A stretch of DNA of 64,000 nt from assembly GCA_964016885.1 (NCBI GenBank), contig OZ024740.1:378510001-378574000 (forward strand), read 5' to 3'. The position numbers and the translations under genes are program-made. Source of the stretch: Eledone cirrhosa. Its lineage: Eukaryota. This document shows, piece by piece, positions 39,000-53,766 of the stretch (position 1 is its first letter; the number at the start of each line of letters is the position of its first letter). The notes under the pieces are model-generated. The model was given only the letters and a program-made list of their open reading frames with translations, made no database searches and had not been told where the DNA came from.

Positions 39000-39977
39000 T
39001 GTATTGCCTTGTTTCAGGTTTGCTCTTTTGTTTCATGGGGAAGTTCCACAAGTTAGGTCTTATCTAATGTTAATACATATTTTGGATGGGTGGGCATTGT
39101 TTATCTCATGATACCGTCGCTGATGATGTGCAGGCATGCGTTGAGGTTGTAACATCTGCAGTTATTCCTGGTAACATTTTTCCACAGCTTGCATTTTAAA
39201 CTCACCTACTGTCCTGGGTCAAGCGTAGACTAAGATCAAGCATAAGCCATCTGGCATGTTATCGGACACAATCCTTTACCAATAAGGCAATGAAGCCGGT
39301 GGAGACCATGAGTTACACTGTTTTCGGAGGTGCTTTCCGGCATTAATGATGTACGTATCAGGTTCTTCCGGGAGTCATCCAAGTTCGAAAAGTCCTTAGC
39401 CTAGTAGAGCTACTAGAGAGCATTGTCACTTCCGTATAAGCTCTCCAGGCACTATATTGACTTTAGCTGTAGTTCTTCGAGATCCATGATTGGTGACGGA
39501 ACTGTTCTCTACGTATTTATTCGGTGTCCAAACATATCTTCAGTGTCTGGATATTTGTTCAATGTCTGAACATTGCTGACAAGTCAGTTATCAGCTGTTA
39601 CCATGTTTAGGATGGATCCGGTTGGCAACCAAGTACATCACGAGTACCGCTCCCGACATCTTCATATGGCAAAAATAGACAGCAAATAGACAACAAAGTT
39701 TGTAAATAGTGGGTGAAAGTGGAAGCATGAATTGGATGAGGGGATCAAATTCAGTTTCACTCGATATTGGAGTGAAGAGCGAGCCCATGTCCAATACAAA
39801 GTGTAGCATGATTTTTAGGTGTGCTGATCGACCATATCTGTTCATGCATATATTATATTTCATATCATTTTTATTTTGTTTGTTTCCATTTATTATTCCT
39901 ACACTAGATTTGACCCCACCACTGTTTTATGCTTTGTAGTGTCCTCCATTCGCCACCCTTGAGCAATAAAACAAACC
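39000..39977 (+). mobile_element. Tx1/L1-like LINE 3' remnant, strongly decayed
   Basis: Degenerate zf-RVT-like segment (..LPYKLSRH...TVLYVFIRCP), pyrimidine-rich 3' UTR and AATAAA end. Confidence 0.45.
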
Positions 39978-39996
39978 ATTATTATTATTGCATAGA

Positions 39997-40960
39997 GTAG
40001 GGCGGTGGATTGGCAGTATCGGAAGAGAGTCGGGCACCATGCTTTGCAGCATAGAGTTACGGTCTTTTACGGTCTGAGTTCAAATCCCGCCGAGGTTAAC
40101 TTTGCCTTTCATCCTTACGGGGTCGATAAAATAAAGTACCAGTCACGCACTGGGGTCGATTTAATCGACTTTCCCATCACTCCAAATTACTGGCCTTGGG
40201 CCTATATAAAAAACCATTATTATTGTATAGCGCGTAGTTACGGCCCTTGCCATTCTGAGTTCAAATCCCGCCGAGGTTAACTTTGCCTTTCATCCTTACG
40301 GGGTCGATAAAATAAAGTACCAGTAATGCACTGAATAATTGCTGGCCTTGTGCCAAAAGTAGAAACAATTATTGCATAGAGTTACGGTCCTTTACAGGCT
40401 GAGTTCAAATCCCACTACGGTTAACTTTGCCTTTCATCCTTACGGGGGTCTATAAAATAAAACACCAGTAACGTACTGGGGTCGATTTAATCGACTTCCC
40501 CTCCCCCAAATTACTGGCTATGTGCCTATACTAGCAATCATTATTATTATTAAAAATAGGGCGGTGGATTGGCAGTATCGGTAGAGGGTCGAATGCCATG
40601 CTTTCCAGCATAGTTACATCCCTTAACGATCTGAGTTCAAATCCCGCCGAGGTTGACTTTGCCTTTCATCCTTACGGGGTCGATAAAATAAAGTACCAGT
40701 AATGCACTGGGTAATTGCTGGCTTTGTGCCTAAAGTAGAAACAATTATTATTATTAAAAATAAAATGAAGGTGGCGTGTTGGTAAAATCATTAGAGCGTT
40801 GGACAAAAACTTAGCAATATTTGTTCTGGCTCTTTAGGTTCTGATTTCAAATCCACCAGAGGTCGATAAAATAGAGTACCAGTTGAATGCTGGGTTGATA
40901 TAACCGATTTTTCTTTCCCCACAAATTGCAGGCCTTGTGCCTAGATTAGAAAGCATTATT
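39997..40960 (+). repeat. Head-to-tail cluster of about five Meta-like SINE copies
   Basis: Repeated GAGTTCAAATCCC...TTTCATCCTTACGGGG units separated by (ATT)n tails; full heads at 39997 and 40557. Confidence 0.85.
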
Positions 40961-43900
40961 AAAAACGAAATATGCAACTCAAATGACATAGACGGAAACA
41001 TGCCTATGATTCTGCTTGCAAAGATCAGACTTACCTTCCGCTAGTTGTGTAAATTAATTGTGAAAGATTAATTCACTAACAAATGCCGCTAAGCTTATGT
41101 TTCCAGTCTCCAACTAAGAAGAAATATTCAGATAAATAAGATTATCTGCATACGATATTCAGTAACGATGTCATTAATTCTTATTATGTAATTTTAAGTT
41201 AGCTTTGATCTATGGTATTTCGGTAGTTGTTTGAATGATTAAGCACGTCTAACAGATGTGTTGTTTCAGCTATACCATGCTTCCACCTAGCCGAGAATCC
41301 TAATGCACACCCCCGTCAAACACCTGTTACTCGTATAGAGTACAGCGTGACCGTCTTGACATGAATTCCCTCCACTTTCCAGCAGTAGCATAGCTCGGGG
41401 GATGACATATGAGTGCCATATGACACCCAGGATAACACTCATATGGCGGCGGCACTTTTGGGTTTGTTGTATATATTTGTATATATGTGGTGGGTGGCAG
41501 GTTCAAGGGCTGCCCTGGGAAGCACACTTTAGCTTCATTACAGTTGTCAGTCTATTTCCATACGACTGTATGCTATAGTAGTGGCCATATCGAAGACAGG
41601 CGTAGCGATCTCAGCCATAACACGACAATAGCTGCACAACTGCTTCCCAGGACAATGTTAAGAAGGATGTTACCAAGACTAATAATATCGCAGATATTTA
41701 TGAGTATGTGCTTTTTGTGTGTTTGTCTGAATTAATTGGAAGATTTTAGTATGCTGTTGTAGTATTGAAGTAGTAGAAAGGACTGTAAGGTTTGTAGTTT
41801 GCTGCAGCAACAATCTGTGTCCTTCTCGCTTCTAGGTCTTTCATTCTTGTATTTTTATTTTGTTGTGTGACTTGTCTATGCATGAGGTATGTATACAATC
41901 TGTGATGATGCGTTATGTGTTATTTGTAGTTTATGAAGTGAAATTGGGACTCAGATAAGGTGGCATAATCTATTGTTGCTTAATTCTGTTGACCAAATAT
42001 GGTACAAGTAAGTGCTTTAAGTATGTTTGACGTTCTTTTGCTTTCTTTGATATGTCGTTTTTTGGGAAGGGGGAATAGAAAAATCAATAATGCGGGTTTT
42101 CTTTATGATTTGAGTTCAACTCACGCCGAAGTCAACTTTACCTTTCATTATTATTAATGAGTTCAAATTCTGCCGAGGTTAACTTTGCCTTTCATCCTTA
42201 CGGGGTCGATAAAATAAAGCACCAGAAACGTACTGGGATCGATTTAATCGACTTTCCGCTCCTCACAAATTACTGGCCTTATGCCTATACTAGAAATTAT
42301 TATTATTAATGAGTTCAAATCCCGCTGAGGTCAACTTTGTCTTTCATCCTTCGATAAGATAGAGTACTGCTCGACCATTCTCTTCGCGAAATTTGAGGAA
42401 ATCTTTATTGTTATTATTAAGACAGTAGATGGCAGACATTTTGTTTCATAATATTTGCACTAATGTTCATTAAGTTTTACAGTCATGTTTCAGGCTGTTT
42501 CCCTTTTTATATGTTATTATGTATATGATTTGTATATCAATTCGTAAAGACTCTATACAACTCACCACATTTTAAATTTTACTATTAATTAGAAGACTAG
42601 TTGAACATTCTACAACCAATCATACATATTTTATTAGCTGATCATATCTTGTTATTGGTATCCTTACGGAGTCGATAAAATAAAGCACCAGTAATGCACT
42701 GGGATAATTGATGGCCTTGTGCCAAAAGTAGAAACAATTAATGATAAATCTTTTAAGTTAGCGACGCCATTCGACTAGTTTAAACTACCCTTCGTTTACT
42801 CAAACAGAAGTAAAAATATTGTCTGACACTGACGCTATCTTAGCGGCTCTCAACAGCTATAGCCAGTTGTCTTATTTGGCACTTTATCACTCTCAGTTAG
42901 TCAATATTAATCTTGGGTAATGACCGAAAGAATACTATCACGAATATAAGCAGTCGACAAGGATCAGTCATCTATCTTATGTTGTGTGTGTTTGCACTTG
43001 TAAATGCTTCACGTTCAATATATAACTGTCCCGGGTGATGGGTGGGTGGGGGTGGGGTGGGGGGTGGGAGTTTAGTTGTAATATATAATAAAAAATACCC
43101 TAAATCATTTAGAGTTTTAGGTTACAACCAAAGATTTCATATCGTGTGACGAAAGTCAGCCAGCCTAGTATTGTCAAATTTTAAGCTATTGAATACATTT
43201 GGTAACTATAGGTATTAGGATAAATCGAACTTCCGTTATTGACTTGGTGAATCAGGAGCCTATCATCATTCCACGGCACTCGTACAGTCAAATATATTTA
43301 ATAACTTTTTTTTTAATAGGACACCATTTTCAGCTGTGGATTTCAATTCCACATACATTTTAAGGACGTAATGATAAACAAGAAAAAAAAATCTTTCAAA
43401 ATATTTATACATCAACACAAGAGTTTTATGACGCTTAATTATTTTAACGTAATAGAATGTATTTATCTGATAAAAACATTAATAGTAGTCAACTGTTGTA
43501 GATATCTGCATTTCTTCTGAATCCATTTCACCATATCGGGAAGTTAAAAAGCACAGATGTATTTCATACACGTAGGAAAACACCTACACACTCAAAAGGT
43601 AAATTTTACAGATACAGAGAAATAGAAAAAATATAGAAAAAGAGCGGGAGAAGGAGCTAATAACAATCTATAGGAAACAAATATTTCTGATTCCAAATTC
43701 GCATATGATCTCCTACACCGAAACATATCTTTCAATCATTAAGAACGGTAAATATATGATGAAATAATTACAAAATTTCAAAATAGATGATATAAATAGA
43801 TATAGAATAATAGATAGAGAAAAACGAAGTTTAGATTCTATGAATATAGCACTAAATATATATTTCGGAAACATAAGTTAGATTTCTGCACATTAATTTC

Positions 43901-45626
43901 TGTATTTCATGCAGCCAACAGGAAACCGAAGCTATTAAGTCCGAATGTATTTTGCAAGTACGATAGAACAATCTCAAAACCGGACGTCATTGGGCGTATT
44001 AAAACTTAATGTCATTTAGTGTCAAGTGCTTGATGTAATGCCAACAATGGAAATTGTCAAGGCAGCGCAATTGATTAATAATGCATTTAACAGTGGTCGC
44101 TGAAAGTGTTTCTGAAAAGTTGATCGAAATGTATAAATTTATAACAGATTCTGCGAAATTATTCTAATACAGCCAAACATCAATTTTATCAATTTATTCT
44201 ATATATTATTTTATATCTTCATTCCTTTTTATACAGTCATTAAATTTTAATTTCGTTTTACACAAACACTAACAAATCCTATTGCATTGAATATGAATAG
44301 AATATCTAGAATATTTTTCAAAGTTAATTTGTAAATGTTTCCGAAAGAAAATCATGAAAATATGTAAATGCATCAATTTAAAAATTATGTAATTATATCT
44401 CCACAAATACACACACATTAAAAAAATCATCACGAAACAAATTCAGTGCTTAAAACTTAACTCAGTAGCATTAAGTGGATGAGAGATCGACACAGATGCA
44501 TATTCCCTTATAAAGCAATTGGAATAAATAATTCTATTCATCAAATATATCGCTATAGAGTGTACATTGATGAAATTGATATTTAGTTGTGTTAGAATCA
44601 TTTTATATAATATTTTGTAAATTTATATATATCAATCAACTTTCAAAGAACACTGTTAACATGTAGGTAAATTTAGATTAATGTGGATTATTAAAAATAC
44701 GAAAATATTTTATTTAGCTACAAGAAAAGGGCCAATGCTTCTCGTATTGGTGAAGTCTATGCGATTGATGCTCACTTTGAATGCTTGAAGGTTGATTCTG
44801 TGGGTCCACGGGAGATTAGTAAATTCCAAATTCTGTAGTGAAAGAGCTGGATGAATTTAATAGTAAGATTTAGGAGGTGAGTGCATCATGCGGTAGGCAG
44901 CTTGTCAGTATTGTGAAATCATTGTAGTAGTAGTAGTAGAAGAAACAGAAGATGCAGTGCATTGATAGGCTTGCTGCTTATTGGGGTGGGATCAATTGAA
45001 TTGCATTCTTTTTTGCATTATAAAGCAATAAAAAAAGTATTGCAATTCTTTATCACTCCTCTCATATTAACGCAGAAACACAAAGCTATATGATTTAGAA
45101 ATATATTTTTTGTTAATTTAAAAAAAAATTCAAAATGCTTGGGACAAGAAGTGTTTCGGATTTCAGAATGATTGTATATTTACATCTATAAAATGGGACA
45201 GTTTGAAGATGAAAACCAAATCTAAACATGTTACCCATTTATATTTCATAACACAGTTTACATAAATGTCGTGCATGCGGTTTTTATAAATTTGGCACTA
45301 ATCCAGTTTCGCTCGACATGTACCGGTTTGACTTTCGGAACGTTTTGTTTTTTATCAAAACAAATCCTCATGTTACACTTTCGCTTTGATAATCACATGA
45401 AACAGCTACACGTCATTTTCGCTTTAGCTTTGATAATCACATGAAACAGCTACATTTTCATTTTACGCCCACCTATCACATCTGTCTTTCAAAGATTTTC
45501 CAATAAATAGTGAAAGGAGTTAGATGATGTCAGTTACTTTTTGAAATAAATAGAGAAGTAATTTTTAAACAATTATAAGAGTAAAAGCTATGAAATGGTA
45601 AAATAATGTAAACGAAACATTTTCCA

Positions 45627-45845
45627 CTATTTCCACTTTGTACACCCTGATCCCGTGTCTTGGCTGTAGCCAGAGAACTGAATGCGATGGATGACATGTT
45701 GTACGTGTCTTTCTAGTTCAGTTAGATCGCACACGCGGGGCACATTTTTCATCACTCTTACTAAGTCTGCAATCAGGATATTAAACTTAGCATTATTGGA
45801 CATCGCTGAGTTTTTGTGCATTAGATATTTGGAGGCCATGGGATT
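45627..45845 (-). mobile_element. Penelope-like RT thumb fragment
   Basis: PMASKYLMHKNSAM...KFNILIADLVRVMKN...RIQFSGY resembles the PLE RT C-terminal region. Confidence 0.6.
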
Positions 45846-47374
45846 ACCATAATGTTATTTTTTATTTCTGTTATTTTAATTGCTGTCAGTAGCGATTCCT
45901 GCCTTTTCATATGTTGCCACTGAATTAATATTTGTCTTAAAATGGGTGTTTAAATTTATATTTGAATACTGGTCATGTTTAAAGTTTGATTCGCACCGAA
46001 ATTCTGAGCTATTGGCTCATATTTATTTTCTGTTTGAAAACTAAACATAAATAATCATAAATATCTTACATTTTTATTTACACATAAATATTAATTGCTG
46101 GCTTTTCTACCAGCAGAAATTGGGAAAACATTTCCGTTTAAGTTTATAAGCTTTGAAACAGAGAACTTAGTTTTACCCCGAACCAATATATTAATATTGC
46201 TACCTAGATTGAACATTTTTATATCTACTTTCAGCAGACTCAGCTATAGCACAATATTGTGATAAATAATCGTTTCTACTTTTGGCACAAGGCCAGCAAT
46301 TACCCAGTGCATTACTGGTACTTTATTTTATCGACCCTGTAAGGATGAAAGGCAAAGTTAACCTCGGCGGGATTTGAACTCAGAATGGCAAGGACCGTAA
46401 CTCTATGCGTCAAAGCATGGCGTCCGACCCCCTACCAATACTGCCAATCTGTATGTGTAAAATTGATTGTTGTTTTTTAGCGCCTGATCAGTTCTAATCT
46501 ACCAAAGCTGCTTAAAAAAGCGTTTCAGTAACAACCAGTCCTTTCCTTTCTCTGACATAGTATTTCAAGAAGCACGCCATCCAACGCGTGCTCCCCGTTT
46601 TAAAGGGTGTAATTTTGGGAGTATTTTGCTTCTAATTCTAGCAAGTCGAATGTCCCCTTAGAAACCAACATACCAGTTAGATAAGGAATTCTTGTTAGGA
46701 AGGAAACGAAAATTTGTGACACTCATACACTTATTAAGATATTTAGTGCCGTAAAGAAGTTTTTTTTTTGGAACTGAAGCCGATTCTTGAACTAAATCTA
46801 GTTGCTTCAAGAAGTAACATATTATTAATTTCTTTTAAACTCGTTCCAAATCTAAGAGCAGAGCAGCTATTTTGACTTTTCTCATCACATTTAAATCAGA
46901 GACGTTTACGCCTTACCGTAACCGCTTAAAGACAACCATCAAGATTAGTAAAGATACCTACCTCACTGTAATTTGGCTTTCTGGTCTCTACTAGGTTTTC
47001 GAAATCGTCAAATCAGCCATTCTCCAGCCAGGATAGCTAAAAAAAGTTGTGCTTTTTCTAATAAAGCCACCATATTTGATACTCGTTTTATTAACTGTAC
47101 ACTCCGTTTACATGCTACACTGCCTCTAAATTCTCCATCTTCATTCACTTTGTTACTACTTCGTACACATAGTCGTAAAGGACGAGATTTATTCAATCAT
47201 ATTAATTAAAAAAAAGGCAACCAATCACGATGATGTCCTTTCCACTATTTTCAAACAGTGTTCTACAGAGCTAGTTCACATCCTCATTCAAATCATTCCG
47301 AAAATGTTAGAGAATATAAATTACTTATATTGATACAAAGCCATAAATATTAAAAAGAACAACGTTGTTGTTAG

Positions 47375-47680
47375 ACATCTGTCGCTTCTGACGACGAGTA
47401 TTCCAGTTGATTTAAACAACGTAATAATCGTGAAATTAACAAGCAAGTGACCGAGCATTCTATGGACATGTGTATATTTAACGTAGTTCTTAGGGAGATT
47501 CAGCGTGACATTAGTGTGACAAGGTTGGCACTTTGAATTACAGGCACAACTCCTTTTTGCCAGCTGAATGGACTAGAACTTTGTGCTTTCTTGCTCAAGG
47601 ATACAAGTCAAAGTTGGGAATCCACCTCACAACCTTACTATCGTAGCCGAACACTCTAACCTCTAAGTCACACGTCTTCA
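47375..47680 (-). mobile_element. tRNA-derived SINE (CORE-like second family), near full length
   Basis: tRNA-like head near 47640-47680, TCCTTGAGCAAG core, body shared with 13035-13190. Confidence 0.7.
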
Positions 47681-49677
47681 CTAAAGGATCAATATGGTCA
47701 ATTCAGTCTCCGAGGAATTATATCGATAGAATTTTCCAAGATCCTCGCTTTTTGGCTATACCACTCTCATGTCTATTGGCTGCAAGTTATCTATAAACAT
47801 GTGTAGCTTATGCTAACAGGACTCTCTGTGACACAGACCGTATCAACTGTAGTGTACGTCAAGATTCCGTGTTGTCTTTTTGACGCTTTCCTCTGTACGG
47901 CCAAATCTCTGTTATATCTAACAACGTAAATACTCATACGCAGTTGATATCATTGTATTATTTTATTTATCAAAACGAATTAGGAAATTCGCGATCTCTC
48001 TAATACGATAGAAAGGGAACAACATAAACACAGTATCAAATCTAGAGCCCAACCAAAGGAGCAAATGCAACTATTAATTACAAATAGAACAAATATGATA
48101 GATATCACTCTTATTTCTCCTTAGCCTAATACTCCCCGGAGTTATTCACACGGAAACGAAGCCCGTCACACGAGATATGTACTGCTTCTAATCTTATCTC
48201 CTTCAAGAGCATCCAGACAAGATTCTATGCTAAACAGTTTGCATCAACAATTTTATTCAAAATTGCAATCTTCTGGAATTCCATTTTCATCACATGTTGT
48301 TGTAGTTCTTTATCTCCAGGTCACAATTGATTGAACAGATGATCAGAAAAGAGGTTCCAGGTATGACCATCCAATATTTTATGTACATCGTGGGTTACAT
48401 TGTTCATTGTTCCTCTACGACAATCGGGTGTAATTTGAGGGAAATTTGGCTGCTATTTCCAGCACGTCAAGCGACTGCGTAAAGACTTCCTGGCGGCTCG
48501 TCTTTGCCCACGTTTTTCCTGCAGATGTTGATCTAAAAATATTTTAGATGAACATCAACCGCATCGATATCATGAACCAATCAATAAATTCATTCAGTCT
48601 GCAAAGGATGAAATTAAATATTGTTATGTAATTATTCCGGTGCTGTATTGTTTCTGTCACACCACTAGTTTCAATTTCTAAAGTATCGAATGTAAATATT
48701 AGTTGTAACTAATTCATACAAATCACTTGCATAAACAAATTAGATTAGCGTAACTAGTATTAGTATGATATTGCTCCGCTCACTATACAAATAATTGTTT
48801 CTACTTTAGGCACAAGGCTAGCAATTACTCAGTACATTACTGGTACTTTATTTTATCGACCCCGTAAGGATGAAAGGCAAAGTTAACCTCAGCGGGATTA
48901 TAAAAATAATGATTAAGCCACCTACGCTTTCGAGACGCACCATGGCATAGCAAATGTTTTATGAAAGTTAAATTTTAGTTGTTTGTTGAGATTTCACTAT
49001 CTAGCAGTTAAGTTTGTAGGAATGATGTGCAAACGGAATTCACTACATTGGATTGAGGCTTGCAAATATATTCTAAAAGGTTATTGGACCGTATAAGACC
49101 GTTGTTGTGACATAAACATGATACAATAAATGCAAAAGGAAAAATAACAGTGTTGCTTCGCTGCTAATTTATTTAGCAACCGAAGAATGAAATTAAGAAC
49201 GCCTTCATGATTCCAATATTAGAACAGCCGTATAACAGGACGCCAATATTTCCATTCGAATGAGTGCAATTTACAATTTTCTACAGAATAATATAAGGAA
49301 TGACCATTAATGCATTAATGTTATTAGTGTTTAGATAACTTCCAAGGACTTGTTTGCTTTAAACATATTTATCTTTTATTGAGGATATATGAACAATGAG
49401 TTTGGAAAACAGAAAAATAGTTCTTTGCACATGATTTTATACAAAGCATATATGTTTTTCCAACGATCATAATTCAGAAGTGAAGAAAAGATGTTTATTT
49501 AATAAATCATTGATTTATTAAGTAAACACCTTTTCTCTAAATTATGTTTATTTGATAAATCAAATATTAGATATATTTTTTTTTATTTCTCAAAAATACA
49601 TTTACAGTCAAATGAACCACTCCCTAAAAAACAAAACAAAAACAAACAATTTTCACGCACTCTGTTAAACAACTTAC

Positions 49678-49850
49678 GCCCTGCAAACAACGTGGCGAAA
49701 TCGTTGCCGCGAAGAACAGTCAGCGACATCCGCTGCATCAGTCCCTCGATTCCCTCGGTGTTCTTTCCTTAGACACGATCACTTCAACCTAATTCGACAA
49801 ACGAAAACAATAATCCAGGGATTGAGGACATGAGTGGTCTCAACATTGAC
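49678..49850 (-). other. Candidate exon with possible start codon (unidentified gene)
   Basis: Strong acceptor TTTTTTCACGCAG and donor GTAAGT around a GC-richer island; ATG at 49738 gives MQRMSLTVLRGNDFATLFAG, open to the donor. Confidence 0.4.
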
Positions 49851-50396
49851 CTGCGTGAAAAAAGAATTTGTCAGTTAATAACTAATATTTTGTAATCTTG
49901 CGTTGCAAGCGACAGCTCTTTGGTTTTGTAAGTGGACTTTGAGAGATATGTTCTGGAATGTAATTCTTATCAAAACTAGATTTGAGATTACATGGCCAGC
50001 TAAAAAAGCTCATAACAATTAACTGAAACTTAAATGTTAAATAAACAACAATTCTTTAAATAAAAATGCTGGTACAATATAATTTACGTTTATAAAACAA
50101 CATAATTTAAAGTAAGCGTTAAAAGCGGTAGAGTTACAGATCAGATAGTGTTGACTAACTCTGGCAGTATCTAGTTTGCCCTCTCCCATAACTTCTGAAT
50201 TCAAATCCTTCCAGACCAATGTTGCTTCCCTCTAATGTGACATTATAATGATATCAGAAATCAATATTAATAAAAAAAATTAATTTTATATACTTTAAGT
50301 ATATCATTCAAAGAATGATAACCAGATAATTATAATTTCCAAATGCATAACATATTCAAGCCTCCTCACTGTACAGGAAAAATGGTGTTTCTGTGG

Positions 50397-50448
<52 letters not shown>

Positions 50449-53400
50449 TAGCGCTGAAGTCAGAAATATTGAATAGCTCTTAGGCGCCTTGAAATTTCTT
50501 TTATTTCTTTATATTTCTTTATTATTTATGACCCGGACACTGATGCAACTTTAGATTAAATTTAAAGCAAAAAATCGCATTGAATAATAAAAAAAAAGAG
50601 TTAAATTTATGTTTCCTTGAATTTATTTTTGTTTATAATAAATTATGCATCTCCGATAGTCTTTAAAGCTAAAAATGACTTCAGATTGAAAAGTCTTCCG
50701 ATCTCTGGTTTAGGAAAACCAATTATCAACGTAGACACGTTTTAAAAGAGTGTAATCTTTTATCTAAATCAATTAATTAATTTTTTTCAACCTTTGGGCA
50801 TAATTGTAAAATGATAATGTTTGAACTTTCATATTGAGAATTTCCATATGCTTTTATTATTGGTGTTTTTTTTTTACTCCTAGGTTAACCCTGGAGCTGA
50901 AACAAAAACAAAAACAACATTCCAGCTTTTTACTTAAATTGTATCTAGGATTACCTTATTCAATGTATCTTTCGTTAGCAATTACGATACGATTTAAGGG
51001 AGATTTGGTTGCTATACGTCGCAGGTTAATCAGTCGCATAGGAACTCACTCATTAGATCGAGAACCCTATTTCTACATGAACCTTTTTTTTATCTGTATG
51101 TTTAAGCAGTTTTGAAATAAGACAAGAAAATGAAAATAATATAAAGGAAACGACAATGTATTTTTAAGCCGTTTCACTTAGTTTTCTTCCAGTCCAGTGT
51201 ATTTTTAAGATAAAAATATTGCTTAACCGCCGCATTTGTAGAGTGCGTACAAACTTTGTTCCCGAAATAAATAGATTTGCATTTTTGAATAAAGTAAAAA
51301 TTTATCAATACCGTACAAAGAAAAATGAAATTAATAAATAGGAAACTTTGCCCCCCAGAAGATGAAATATTCATTGTGATCAATGGAAATATTGACTTCT
51401 AAGAAACATACCGTCTCACATACGAAGAGAGAGATATATCAATGCTTAGTATGTCACTAGTGCATATTTTAATGACCACAGAAGAAAGAATGACACAGGA
51501 TTCGAAATCAGAATGTAAAAAAGTATAACTAAATGCTACATAACCGTTTTCCCCACCACTCTACTGATTCTGCCAATATCAAATAAGAAAAAATGACGTG
51601 CACCTTTTGTTGCTAACTTCAGTTGAAAATTAAGTAGTTTATGATATCGAATTCTAATATAGAGAGTTTATTTCACATTTATGGTGAGGCAATATATATG
51701 AACTCTAGTACTTAACAAGTACATATTTCATCAACCATGGAAGGATGAAAGGCAAAGTCGTTCTCAGCGGGATTTGAACTCAGTATGTAAAAGCTCGTTA
51801 TTACATATGTATTCTGTCTGCTACTCTGTTGATTCCGCCAATTCATAATTATTCTAAAACAAAACGGCAAAGCTAACTAAATCCCGCCGCGGTTAGCTTT
51901 GCCTTTCATCCTTACGGGGTCAATAAAATAAAGCACCAGTAACGCACTGGGGTCGATTTAGTCGACTTTTCCCTTCCCTTCAAATTGCTGGCCTTGTGCC
52001 AAATGTAGAAACAATTATTATTATCGTAATTCTAATATTACTTAGTATTTACGACCCATTACATTCTAAATTTCCTTCACGCTAAGCTTTATTTTGCCTT
52101 TTGTCCTTTGGGGATTGATATCAATAAAATATGTACTAATCAAGAAAAGCAATCAATTTAATCGACTAAGATCTCTTCCACGATTTGGTGCCCCCTATCT
52201 CCTGATAGTCGTAGAGGCGCCGTAGTGACATACAGCGTATCATGAACATTTTGAACCTGATTGAGGCCATCCGTCTCCAGATTTGAACACAGCCGATTTC
52301 TTCCAGAGAGAGAGAAATAATCGACTTGTATTGGATTGGTACCATATTTATCGACATCAAAAGGATGAAAGGCAAAGTTTACCTTGGCGGGATTTGAACA
52401 GAGCGCAGAAAGCCGGAACAAGTACTACGAAGAATCCTATTCAGTGTTCTATCAACTTTGCCAATTCTCCCCGCCCTCGTATCAGTGTTATATTCATTCA
52501 CTTTTGTGTTCAAATCCAACTGAAGTTGACTTTGTCTTCCACCCTTTATATCTCGGTAAAATAAACATATGTAAAGTGGAAATGGAGATAATTGCATCAA
52601 TAACACCCCTTCATTTAGAATATGTAGCTTCGTGTTGAATGTAGCAATACTGTTTGGCATTGAAAGCAGAGGATACGACAGAGCGCTGATCAAAACAAGT
52701 ATTTTGTTTCGTCCCTATGAGTTTGAATCCCATCATGATTGAACCTGTCTTTTATCGTTTTAGAATAAATACCACTATAATATGGGGTTAGAGGATCGAT
52801 TCTATCGGCTAAAGCCTCCTTGTATAAATATTTTTTACTTTGTGCAACTATTAGAAAACATTGTGACTTGGCATTGAAGAGTGGTGCAGTGGCAGAAATG
52901 ATACAACACACGGAGCAGTATTTAGTTTCATCTCTATTTGTATAGAAATGATGTCTGATAGAATGTTTTGTGGTATTCGTTTCAGCTCTCTGAGTTCAAA
53001 ACACACCGAGGTCAACTTTGCTTTTCAGCTTTCATTCTTCGAGGTTGATAAAAAAAAGTACCAGTCCAATATGGTGTCGGTTCTTCCTCTATATATCTCT
53101 TTCACTCTTTTTCTCTAGAAGAAATTGGCTGTGTTCAGATACTACCAGGAATTACGGGTCCATACATACCGCTAGTATAGCCTCTGACATACATGTTTGA
53201 CATATACTGTTAGGGAATATATGTAATATAAGTTCAATGCATATAGCGGAGTCCATTCAATTGACTTTCCTTCTCTGCAAGTTTGTGCCATCTTTTAATA
53301 TAATAAAGCAATGTTACCTGGAAGTGATCGATACAAGTTAACTATAATAAACAAAATTTATAATAAAAAAAAAAAAAAAAAAAAAAATGACATTTTTATT

Positions 53401-53725
53401 ACGTCTTTGCAATCTTTGACTTTATAACAATTAAGTGCTTAGAAACAACTTGGAAAAAGCAATTTTAGCACTTGCCACCCAATCTACGTAAAATTAACAT
53501 ATGGAAAATTTACATTGTCACGCTATCGAAAAGTAGAAATACTGAAAGAACAGTTTTATCTTATAGTACAGATGACAGGAAGTCGGGTTTAAGTATTTTA
53601 TTACATCTTGTTTGGTGTCACACTGCTTGATTCCCATTGGTGTCACCTTTAACGTTTATCGCTCCAGAGTTGTTAAATTCAGTATCTATAATATATTTGA
53701 TTCTATACATTATACTTACAGGTGC

Positions 53726-53766
<41 letters not shown>

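Noticed and set aside
45378-45460. Tandem duplication with TTGATAA...GAAACAGCT
   Set aside because: No stem II can form, and it is on the opposite strand to the nearby PLE fragment.
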